Assembly: GCA_964466055.1 (NCBI GenBank)
Contig: CAYXLW010000008.1
Span: forward strand, 820-40,819
Direction: 5' to 3'
Length of the DNA stretch: 40,000 bases
Source of the DNA: an uncultured Candidatus Peribacteria bacterium
GTDB taxonomy: Bacteria > Patescibacteriota > Gracilibacteria > GCA-2401425
A program made the translations under genes and the position numbers. Position 1 is the first letter of the stretch, and every line of letters starts with the position of its first letter. The notes beneath the pieces are model-generated. The model had not been told where the DNA came from. It did not search any database and saw only the letters and a program-made list of their open reading frames with translations. Of this stretch, positions 1 through 7,371 are shown in pieces.

Positions 1-93
1 GCACAACACGGCATATCTGGTTTCGCTACGCTTCACCCAAATTTACTTTCCGCTACGCTTCAAGTAAACTTCAGATATCCTGAAACGTTGTGC
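1..93 (+). repeat. Imperfect-hairpin element A (attC-like candidate), truncated or starting at the window edge
   Basis: GCACAAC(1-7) pairs with GTTGTGC(87-93) and ATATCTG(13-19) with CAGATAT(72-78). An inner stem TTTAC/GTAAA is also present. The same element recurs in direct orientation at 6435-6531. Confidence 0.6.
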
Positions 94-96
94 GAC

Positions 97-171
97 ATAT
101 TTTTCAATATTTTTTCTCAAATAGAAATTTTGTTGAAGAATTTAAAAAAGGAATGGAATTTTTATTTTTTT
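97..171 (+). repeat. Left arm of a ~75-bp inverted repeat (partner 6305-6378)
   Basis: Three collinear exact blocks (tatttttcaatattttt, attttgttgaagaattt, ggaatttttatttttt) match the reverse complement of 6305-6378. Confidence 0.6.
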
Positions 172-176
172 ATTTT

Positions 177-204
177 AATGAGGGGGATATAATGAGGGGG
201 ATAT
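177..204 (+). repeat. Perfect tandem duplication of a 14-bp unit AATGAGGGGGATAT upstream of mod
   Basis: Units at 177-190 and 191-204 are identical. Each contains GAGGGGG followed by ATG AGG GGG ATA TAA. Confidence 0.8.
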
Positions 205-292
205 AAGGTGTTTTCTCCGCTCCGCTACGAAAACGATTTATTTATAAGGGGAAAACGAATATAATACAATTACTTAACTTGGATATAAAACT

Positions 293-2806
293 ATGGCTAC
301 TATAAACGAAAACAAATTCTACTCTGCACTTGAAAATATCTTCACAGGTGCAAATATTGAAGGTGAGAGTGGCTATGTAAATCTTCTCAAGATTAAATCG
401 AGTTATTACAAATTGATTTTAGAGCAATTCAAAAAAGATGTAGATAATGAGAAGATAATCACTGATTCATTCAAGGAAGAGTTTTTTGACAAGCTGTATT
501 CTTTTTTTGAGAAATATTTTAGTGAAAGCGGAAGTGTATATTTTGTGAAAACTGCAAACTGGCAAAGAGTGTATGAACAGGTTTATACAGACAATAAAGA
601 TGTCGTCCTGTTTTGGAAAACGCACATGCTGTATTATGTGAAGTCAGATATTTTATTTCAAAGTATTGATGTAGAGATAGAAGACGAGGAAAGCAAGCAG
701 AAATACAATTTTTATTTTGATGTAGGCAGTTTACAAGCCAAGCAAAACAATGAGAAAAAGTCTCTGGTATTTACTTTTCGTGAAATCACAGAAGAAAAAA
801 ACAGCGAAGAAGTCTTGAATGAAAAGCAAGGCAAGAAAACCTTTGTTTTTGATGTGGCGTATAGCGAAAAGGGGAACAAAACAAAAATTGACGATCTCGT
901 AAAGCAAACAAAAATTCCTGAACAAATCATCGAAAAGGCTTTTGCGACTTTTAGAAAACAAAGTGAGGTTGATTTCTTTATCAACAAAAATGCCGAGAAG
1001 TTTTTGACCGAACAGCTTGATATGTATTTGCATCAAATCTTACTTCATGAAGAAAACAAGTTTGAGCAAAAAAGACTCGATCAAATCAAGACGATCAAAA
1101 TCTTTGCGAATAAAATTATTAAGTTTATTGCTCAGTTTGAGGATGAGCTGGTGAGAATTTGGAACAAGCCAAAGTTTGCCCTTGGTTCAAATTATGTGAT
1201 TACGATTGATAAACTTTCAAAAGAGATACTGGAAAAAATTGCCAAGCACAAAAATCTCAAGGAACAAATCAAGGAATGGCAAGATTTAGGCATGATTGAT
1301 GAAAGTTTTAATTTTGCAAAAAGAGAAGAGAAGCACAAATATTTGCCGATAGATACGAAGTATTTCAAGGACTTGGAAATGGAAATTTTAGGTTTGTTTG
1401 ATGATATTGATGAGGCTTTGGATGGAAGGCTTATTCATAGTGAAAACTATCAGGCTTTGAATACTTTGTCAGAAAAATACAAAGAAAAAGTACAGTGTGT
1501 TTATATTGATCCACCGTTTAATCTTGGACAAAATGCAGACTTTGATTACAAAGTAAATTACAAAGATGCAAACTGGGCAACGCTTTTAGAAAATAGATTA
1601 AGATTTGCTCACAAGCTCTTATCAGATACTGGAAGCATTTTTGTTAGATGTGATTATAATGGAAATTTTATTGTAAGATGTTTGCTTAATGAGATTTTTG
1701 GAAAAGAGAATTTTAGAAATGAGATAATCGTAAGCAAATCAGCCAAATTAACAGAAAAAATAAATCGTTATCATAGTGGACATGATTCTTTGTTTTTGTA
1801 TTCCAAAAGTGATAATTATCATTTTGAAACTCAAAATAAAGAAAGAGTAAAAAGAAATTGGAGAGGAATGCATCTGCCAGGTATAAGATGGTCACCAATA
1901 AAAGAAGAATATTTAAATCTGTATTCAAAAGAAAATATTCAATATAAAAATAACAAACCTTCTACGAGAGCAAGAATTATTTTAGGTAGGGAATTATTGC
2001 CTCCTGGAGATAGACACTGGGCATTAAATCAGGAAAGTATTTTTGAGCTCGAAAAAGAAAATGGTATTATTTGGGAAAGCAATGAACCTAAATCATTAGA
2101 AGGAAGTGAACAAAAATTAACGGATAATTGGACGGATTGGGTAGGATATTCATCAGATTGGGGATTTTCTACAGAGAATCATGAAAAAGTCTTAGAAAGG
2201 TCTATTCAAACAGCAACACAAGGAAATGATCTTGTTTTAGATTTCTTTGCAGGAAGTGCAACAACACAAGCAGTATCTCAAAAATTTGGCAGAAAATGGC
2301 TTGGAGTAGAAATGGGGGATCAATTTTTTAATGTAGATTTACCAAGACTTAAACAGGTTATTTTTGGAAAACAGAGTGGGATAAGCAAAGATTTAAAGGA
2401 AAAATATAAAGGTGGTGGGTTTTTCAAATACTACTCCCTCGAACAATACGAAGACACACTCCGCAATATGCAATACAAAGACTACAATCAAAACACTCTT
2501 TTTGCGACCGAAAAGAAAACCTTTGAGCAATATGTCTTTTATGCCGATCAAAAATTTGCTCATGTCTTGGAAGTAAACAAAGAAAAATTAGAAATAGATT
2601 TTGACAAACTCTATCCAAATATTGACTTTGCCGAGACAATCTCAAACCTGCTCGGAATGCCGATCAAAAAAATCACAAAAACAAGTGTCGTTCTTCAAGA
2701 CGGAGAAAGCGAAAGAGAGATTAAGACAAATTATAAAAATATGAATAGTGAAGAGAAACTGGCTTTTTTGAGGTTACTCAAACCTTTGCTTTGGTGGGGA
2801 AATTAA
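293..2806 (+). CDS. mod: Type III restriction-modification methyltransferase (Mod-like, beta-class amino-MTase) with a long N-terminal extension
   Basis: Motif IV is VYIDPPFN (about nt 1499-1522). It precedes motif I DLVLDFFAGSATT (about nt 2228-2266), giving the IV-TRD-I order. The gene is followed 24 nt later by a Res-like helicase-nuclease. Confidence 0.8.
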   Translation: MATINENKFYSALENIFTGANIEGESGYVNLLKIKSSYYKLILEQFKKDVDNEKIITDSFKEEFFDKLYSFFEKYFSESGSVYFVKTANWQRVYEQVYTDNKDVVLFWKTHMLYYVKSDILFQSIDVEIEDEESKQKYNFYFDVGSLQAKQNNEKKSLVFTFREITEEKNSEEVLNEKQGKKTFVFDVAYSEKGNKTKIDDLVKQTKIPEQIIEKAFATFRKQSEVDFFINKNAEKFLTEQLDMYLHQILLHEENKFEQKRLDQIKTIKIFANKIIKFIAQFEDELVRIWNKPKFALGSNYVITIDKLSKEILEKIAKHKNLKEQIKEWQDLGMIDESFNFAKREEKHKYLPIDTKYFKDLEMEILGLFDDIDEALDGRLIHSENYQALNTLSEKYKEKVQCVYIDPPFNLGQNADFDYKVNYKDANWATLLENRLRFAHKLLSDTGSIFVRCDYNGNFIVRCLLNEIFGKENFRNEIIVSKSAKLTEKINRYHSGHDSLFLYSKSDNYHFETQNKERVKRNWRGMHLPGIRWSPIKEEYLNLYSKENIQYKNNKPSTRARIILGRELLPPGDRHWALNQESIFELEKENGIIWESNEPKSLEGSEQKLTDNWTDWVGYSSDWGFSTENHEKVLERSIQTATQGNDLVLDFFAGSATTQAVSQKFGRKWLGVEMGDQFFNVDLPRLKQVIFGKQSGISKDLKEKYKGGGFFKYYSLEQYEDTLRNMQYKDYNQNTLFATEKKTFEQYVFYADQKFAHVLEVNKEKLEIDFDKLYPNIDFAETISNLLGMPIKKITKTSVVLQDGESEREIKTNYKNMNSEEKLAFLRLLKPLLWWGN

Positions 2807-2829
2807 TTTAAAACTTGCAGAATTAACTT

Positions 2830-5664
2830 ATGAAAAATACTTTAGAAAAAATTATCGAAGAAAAAAGCTATGACGATCTTGGATTGTGGTGCTTGCCAAA
2901 CCTTGCCAAATTTTCAGAAATTAAAACACTTTATGAATACCAAAGAAACGCCCTTAAAAATATAACCAAAGTCTTACATTTATATTTTGAATCAGAAGAC
3001 GGAAAGAAGGCTTTATTTGAAGAATACAAAAAACATGGACTTGATAATAAAGATTATGCCGTTGAGAAGTTTTTATCTCGTACAGATAAACAAAATGGCT
3101 TAATAAACAAAAGATTTTCTTTTTTTCAAAACCATTTCCGAACGCTTGGAAGCTATGACGAAGAGCATATTTCAGGAAGTAATTTCTTAAATCGTGCTTG
3201 CTTTTGGATGGCGACAGGAAGCGGAAAAAGTCTTGTTTTGATTAAAACTATTGAGCTTTTGGATTATCTAATGAGTCAAGGACTGATACCAAAAAAAGAA
3301 ATAATGCTTTTACTTCCTCGTGAAGACCTGATCAAGCAATTTACCAAAGAAATTGAAAGTTTTAATAAAAGCAAAGAAAGAAAAATTGAGCTGGTAAACT
3401 TAAAAGATTATGAAGATGACAAACAGGGATTTGCTTTTGATTATAGTATTAAGGTTTATTATTACAGAAGCGACCTCATAAGAGACGAGAGAAAAGAAAA
3501 TATCCTTGATTATCGAAGCTATGAAAATAATGGTGATTGGTATGTATTTTTAGACGAAGCACACAGAGGAAGTAAAGAAGATTCACTCATGCAAGATTAT
3601 GTCGCTATTCTTTCAAAGAATGGATTTTTATTTAATTTCTCAGCGACTTTCACCGATAGCATTGACTATGTTACGACTTGCTTCAATTTTAATCTCGAAA
3701 AATTCATATTGGCAGGATATGGCAAAAATCTTTATTTGAGTAATTCATATTTTGACTTTACCAAAGACAAAGATGATTTCTCGGAAAGAGATAAACAAAA
3801 ACAGGTTTTAAAATCCTTGATCGTGTTTAGCTTTGTCAAAAAAGCAAAAAATGAGCAAACCTATCATCATCCTTTACTCATAACGCTCGTAAATTCTATC
3901 AATACCGATGATGCGGATTTACTTTTATTTTTCAAAAAATTAGAAGAAATAGCGAGTGGGAAAATTGATGAAAAACTCTTTACAGAAACCAAAGAAGAGA
4001 TTTTGAATGATCTAAGAAATCATAAATCTTTTGTTTTTGGCGATGAAGTATTGGATTTTGATCTAAATATTGTAGAAAAGATCACGCAAAAGAATATATT
4101 TGAGCAAGTCTTTAATGCTTCGAATTATGGGAAAATAGAGATATTGGAAGGCGAAAAAGGCAAAGAAATAGTTTTAAAACTTGAAACCAGTGAAAAGCCT
4201 TTTGCACTCATTAAAATCGGAGATGCAAAGAAATTTCAAAGAGAACAACTTGGAAGTAATTATACCTTTATCACAAGCTTTGATTCTAAAAAATACTTTG
4301 AACATATCAATAAAAGCGAAGATATAAATCTATTACTTGGAAGTAGAAGTTTTTATGAAGGTTGGGATTCAAATCGTCCAAATGTGATTAATATGATTAA
4401 TATTGGGAAAAAGGATGCAAAGAAGTTTGTTTTGCAGGGAATAGGAAGAGGGATAAGAATCGAGCCACACAAAGGCGAACGAAAAAGACTACCTCAAAAT
4501 CATGCAGATAAAAATGTATTACTTGAAACCTTGTTTGTATTTGCGACTGACAAGAACGCAGTCAAAGCAATTATAGAGACAGTAGAAAATGAAAAAGACA
4601 CAGACGAGGTGGAAATATCACTTTTTGAGAATCAAAATAAACCCTTTGATCTTCTTATTCCTGTCTATAAAGAAGAGGAAGCTAGAGGGAAAATTTCAAA
4701 ATTTAATATTGAAAAAGAGAGCTTAGAGCGATTTGAAAATTACATACATTCTTTTGATATTGATACTTTGCTTGCCAAAACAGCCATATCTCAAAAAGAC
4801 CTTGAATTTTTGTTAAATGAAATTGAAAACAAGAATCTTTTTCAAATAAAAGAAGAAAATGTTTATAGCGATATGGATTTGCTTTTGCAAAGAATCACAA
4901 ATCATATTTCTGTAAAAAATAAGGTTGTCTCAGGTATAAAGGAAGTAACCGACGAAATAATCCATTTCAAACATATCAAAGTAGTAAATTTTAGTGATGA
5001 AGAAATTGGATCATTCAAGGATAAAATTCAGAAAGTGAAAGATTTTGAAGCAATAGACAAAAAAGAAATTGCACTCAAGTTTGCAAAAGGAGAAATCGAT
5101 GAAAAAGAGTTTAACAATCGAGTAAATGCGACAAGTGAAGAGTCTTTCAAAGACCTGAAAATCAAAAAAATTGCAGAGCATTATTATTTACCTCTCATCT
5201 ATTCAGATGAAGAAAAGGTAGAATATATCAAGCACATTATCGAAGTGAAAAGCGAAGTAACTTTTATTAAAAATTTAGAAAAACATATCAAAGAAAACAA
5301 GCCTGATTGCGAATGGATGTTTAGTAAGATAGACCAAAGTCTTGATACTTTTCACATTCCGTACTTTTACAAGAAAGATAATATTTATCGAAAATTCTTT
5401 CCTGATTTTATTTTTTGGATTAAAAAAGGAAATGAATACAAAATCATTTTCATTGATCCAAAAGGTACAAGCAATGCAGATTATCAAAATAAAGTTGATG
5501 AATTTGAAAAGCTGTTTTTAGAAAATGGAAAATCTAAAACCTTTGAGTACAAAAAATTTGAAATAACTTTTGATTTAAAACTTGTTGCTCAAGATGTGAA
5601 CACAGTAAGTGATAAATATGATAAGTATTGGTTTGGAAATGAAGATTTTAACTTTTTGGGATAA
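2830..5664 (+). CDS. res: Type III restriction enzyme Res subunit (SF2 helicase plus C-terminal PD-(D/E)xK nuclease)
   Basis: Contains Walker A WMATGSGKS, DEAH box LDEAHRG, FSATF and QGIGRGIRI. The C-terminal FFPDF...IFIDPKG fits PD..(D/E)xK. It is co-oriented with mod. Confidence 0.8.
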   Translation: MKNTLEKIIEEKSYDDLGLWCLPNLAKFSEIKTLYEYQRNALKNITKVLHLYFESEDGKKALFEEYKKHGLDNKDYAVEKFLSRTDKQNGLINKRFSFFQNHFRTLGSYDEEHISGSNFLNRACFWMATGSGKSLVLIKTIELLDYLMSQGLIPKKEIMLLLPREDLIKQFTKEIESFNKSKERKIELVNLKDYEDDKQGFAFDYSIKVYYYRSDLIRDERKENILDYRSYENNGDWYVFLDEAHRGSKEDSLMQDYVAILSKNGFLFNFSATFTDSIDYVTTCFNFNLEKFILAGYGKNLYLSNSYFDFTKDKDDFSERDKQKQVLKSLIVFSFVKKAKNEQTYHHPLLITLVNSINTDDADLLLFFKKLEEIASGKIDEKLFTETKEEILNDLRNHKSFVFGDEVLDFDLNIVEKITQKNIFEQVFNASNYGKIEILEGEKGKEIVLKLETSEKPFALIKIGDAKKFQREQLGSNYTFITSFDSKKYFEHINKSEDINLLLGSRSFYEGWDSNRPNVINMINIGKKDAKKFVLQGIGRGIRIEPHKGERKRLPQNHADKNVLLETLFVFATDKNAVKAIIETVENEKDTDEVEISLFENQNKPFDLLIPVYKEEEARGKISKFNIEKESLERFENYIHSFDIDTLLAKTAISQKDLEFLLNEIENKNLFQIKEENVYSDMDLLLQRITNHISVKNKVVSGIKEVTDEIIHFKHIKVVNFSDEEIGSFKDKIQKVKDFEAIDKKEIALKFAKGEIDEKEFNNRVNATSEESFKDLKIKKIAEHYYLPLIYSDEEKVEYIKHIIEVKSEVTFIKNLEKHIKENKPDCEWMFSKIDQSLDTFHIPYFYKKDNIYRKFFPDFIFWIKKGNEYKIIFIDPKGTSNADYQNKVDEFEKLFLENGKSKTFEYKKFEITFDLKLVAQDVNTVSDKYDKYWFGNEDFNFLG

Positions 5665-5666
5665 TT

Positions 5667-6095
5667 ATGAAATACACAAAAACTCAAATAGATGAATATT
5701 TTAGCGATTATATCAAAGCAAATGAACAAGCTATAAAGTCTCGTTTGGAATTTTTGCTTGAACATTACACAGAACAAGATCAAGTAATTTCTCCAGATGT
5801 TTATTATTGTTTTAAAGAAGCAAGACATACATATATGATGGGAGATTTTGTCGCTTGTATTATTATGTGTGCTGTAGTATTGGAAAGACGATTAGCTAAG
5901 CTATTAGAATTTCCTGTCTATGATCCAACAGATGAAAAATCAGCATTATCTGAAACAGGATATAAAATCTTGAAACCTGCTTTTGAAAAAAACATCATAA
6001 ACCAAAAAATGTTTAAAGAATTAGAAAAATTATTTGAATTGAGAAATAATTATGTTCATGGAGTAAGTAAAGAAAATCCAAAAGATAAAAAATGA
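5667..6095 (+). CDS. HEPN-domain protein (DUF4145-like), third gene of the R-M operon; the frame stays open past the TGA to 6251
   Basis: It starts 3 nt after the res stop. It carries an Rx4H motif, ELRNNYVHG (R 6042-6044, H 6057-6059), and an upstream AVVLERRLAKLL helix typical of DUF4145/HEPN. The in-frame TGA at 6093 is followed by 51 sense codons. Confidence 0.55.
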   Translation: MKYTKTQIDEYFSDYIKANEQAIKSRLEFLLEHYTEQDQVISPDVYYCFKEARHTYMMGDFVACIIMCAVVLERRLAKLLEFPVYDPTDEKSALSETGYKILKPAFEKNIINQKMFKELEKLFELRNNYVHGVSKENPKDKK

Positions 6096-6254
6096 ACAAG
6101 ACCACAAATGAAAGATCCGATAAAACATGCTTTTGTATGTACAGATAAAGACTATGGAAAGGAATTAGAAGACGATGCACAATTTGCTATTAAAATATTA
6201 TTTAGAGCTTGGGAAGAATTACATTATTCAAAATTAAACTATCACAAATAAGGT

Positions 6255-6303
6255 GTTTTTCTTTTTCCAATTCACCCCTAACCCCTCTTGGAAAAAGAAA
6301 AAC
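6255..6303. terminator. Strong hairpin (15-16 bp stem, 17-nt loop) closing the R-M/HEPN operon
   Basis: TTTTTCTTTTTCCAA (6256-6270) is the exact inverse complement of TTGGAAAAAGAAAAA (6288-6302). The hairpin lies just after the TAA at 6249-6251, not after the TGA at 6093. Confidence 0.55.
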
Positions 6304-6304
6304 G

Positions 6305-6378
6305 AAAAAATAAAAATTCCAAATAATGATAAAATTCTTCAACAAAATAATAAGGAATGAAAAAATATTGAAAAATAC
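6305..6378 (-). repeat. Right arm of the ~75-bp inverted repeat (partner 97-171)
   Basis: Its reverse complement shares three exact 16-17-nt blocks, in the same order, with 97-171. Confidence 0.6.
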
Positions 6379-6434
6379 GCTTCGGGGTCGTTGCACTTGA
6401 TTTTCTTCCGTTAACACTACAGAAAATCACCCTC

Positions 6435-6531
6435 GCACAACACAGTATATCTGGCTCGCTCCTGCCGTCGCTCGACCCATATTTGCCTCCGTTTCACTAC
6501 GGCAAACATCAGATATACTGAAACGTTGCCC
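6435..6531 (+). repeat. Imperfect-hairpin element B (attC-like candidate), a direct repeat of element A
   Basis: The 5' end is GCACAACACAGTATATCTGG and the 3' end is CAGATATACTGAAACGTTG. AGTATATCTG and CAGATATACT pair perfectly over 10 bp. The inner stem TTTGCC/GGCAAA replaces the TTTAC/GTAAA of element A. Confidence 0.6.
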
Positions 6532-6824
6532 CAAAAATAAAACAGAAAGTTAAGGTAAGATTCTCAATTACACCCTTAGAGGGAATAAGGTACTAGAACC
6601 CCTGTATTTTAAGCCCAAAACGCTTATTTTTTGAGTGTGTTTATCAAGAAATAATAGGACATAAAAATATTTTACTACCGCCCCTTCTCCATAGGTACAA
6701 GAGTCTATAACCTTTTTTAATAAGAATGGTATAAACAAGGGATTTAAAAAACAAAAAACACTCAAAAGTTCGAGTGTCCCTTCTCCTTAGGTATGCGGGT
6801 CATAGGGCAGAATGATGCCCCTTC
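6532..6824 (-). repeat. tRNA-trailer mosaic repeat, copy a (modules M1, M2, M5)
   Basis: Read on the minus strand from the tRNA-Gln 3' end, it starts with the AGGGGCAT..TGCCCTATGAC hairpin. It continues with ACACTCGAACTTTTGAGTGT plus a T-run, then AAATCCCTTGTTT and GCTTAAAATACAGGGGT. It is homologous to 14219 onward. Confidence 0.65.
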
Positions 6825-6899
6825 TGGCTGGGGTGGTAGGATTCGAACCTACGAATAACGGAGTCAAAGTCCGCTGCCTTACCACTTGGCGACACCCCA
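6825..6899 (-). tRNA. tRNA-Gln (anticodon UUG), CCA encoded
   Basis: The minus strand reads TGGGGTGTCGCCAAGTGGTAAGGCAGCGGACTTTGACTCCGT...GGTTCGAATCCTACCACCCCAGCCA. The anticodon loop is CTTTGAC. It closely resembles canonical bacterial tRNA-Gln. Confidence 0.9.
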
Positions 6900-6922
6900 A
6901 CAATTAACACTAAAGCTGTCGG

Positions 6923-6951
6923 ATTTTACTTAAGATGACCTCTTTAGACAA
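6923..6951 (-). promoter_or_regulatory. Candidate sigma-70-type promoter for tRNA-Gln (TTGTCT-N17-TAAAAT)
   Basis: On the minus strand the -35 TTGTCT lies at 6951-6946 and the -10 TAAAAT at 6928-6923. The -10 is about 23 nt upstream of the tRNA 5' end. Confidence 0.35.
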
Positions 6952-7027
6952 GAGAAAGTTTAACACAAAGAAATGTATTTAGTTTTTAATCAATAAATGT
7001 ACAATACCATTGTTTTAAAATAAAATA

Positions 7028-7363
7028 ATGGAACTTCTCTCAGACATCTTAAAATTAAGTCTCAAAAAACATGGATTAGGAGAATCTGCATTTGCATCCA
7101 TGCTAATTAATAGAGCAAATCAAATTATAAGAGAAGAGCTAGGAACATTAGCAATTAAAAATATTCGGGTAAAAAAGATAGAAAAAAAAATTATATATAT
7201 AGAAATCACAAAGCCTGCATGGGCACAGGAATTTCATTTTTTTAGACATGAATTTTTAAATAAAATTCGAGAATCTTTTCCTAAAAAACAAATTTTAGAT
7301 ATTCGTATAAAAATAATCGGAAGAGAAGATTTATACGATACAGTTCAACAATTTGGTAAATAA
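7028..7363 (+). CDS. DUF721 (DciA-like) domain protein
   Basis: The size (111 aa) and pattern fit DUF721. The pattern includes LINRANQIIREELG and the IRVKKIEKKIIYIEITKPAWAQEF region. Confidence 0.5.
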   Translation: MELLSDILKLSLKKHGLGESAFASMLINRANQIIREELGTLAIKNIRVKKIEKKIIYIEITKPAWAQEFHFFRHEFLNKIRESFPKKQILDIRIKIIGREDLYDTVQQFGK

Positions 7364-7371
7364 TAAAATAT

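Noticed and set aside
87-100. GTGCGAC after hairpin A resembles a group II intron 5' end (GUGYG).
   Set aside because: No reverse transcriptase/maturase ORF is present, and I could recognise no domain V/VI-like structure. The enclosed genes form an ordinary R-M operon. The string is better explained as the R'-like arm of the hairpin.
177-204. The tandem repeat as a CRISPR-like array.
   Set aside because: There are only two abutting 14-bp units with no spacers, and no cas genes anywhere in the window.
712-1036. Antisense ORFs inside mod (712-987 and 731-1036). The same applies to short ORFs at 1713-1928, 2424-2645, 5275-5487 and 5589-5828.
   Set aside because: They lie entirely within strongly supported genes on the opposite strand or in another frame. 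Their products are low-complexity or Phe/Leu/Ile/Lys-rich, typical of AT-rich antisense frames.
293-2806. Phase-variable simple-sequence repeat in the Type III mod gene.
   Set aside because: I saw no long homopolymer or tetra/pentanucleotide tract in mod or res. The longest runs are ordinary A7-type tracts expected in AT-rich DNA.
5667-6251. An alternative genetic code (UGA as Gly or Trp, codes 25/4) as the explanation for the in-frame TGA.
   Set aside because: TGA terminates recognisable genes at their expected ends, for example htpX-like at 10537 and the ParA-like gene at 9450. The 837-aa and 944-aa R-M ORFs and all other long ORFs contain no in-frame TGA. The standard code fits the window, and the TGA at 6093 is a local event.
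1-6531. Hairpin elements as IS200/IS605 ends, omega/HEARO RNA or retron msr-msd.
   Set aside because: No TnpA, TnpB, IscB or reverse transcriptase gene lies in or next to the cassette. I kept only the generic hairpin-recombination-site hypothesis.
6202-6765. ORFs 6202-6417 (-) and 6568-6765 (-) in the repeat-rich intergenic zone.
   Set aside because: They overlap the terminator hairpin, the inverted repeat and the tRNA-trailer repeat. Their sequence composition is not protein-like.
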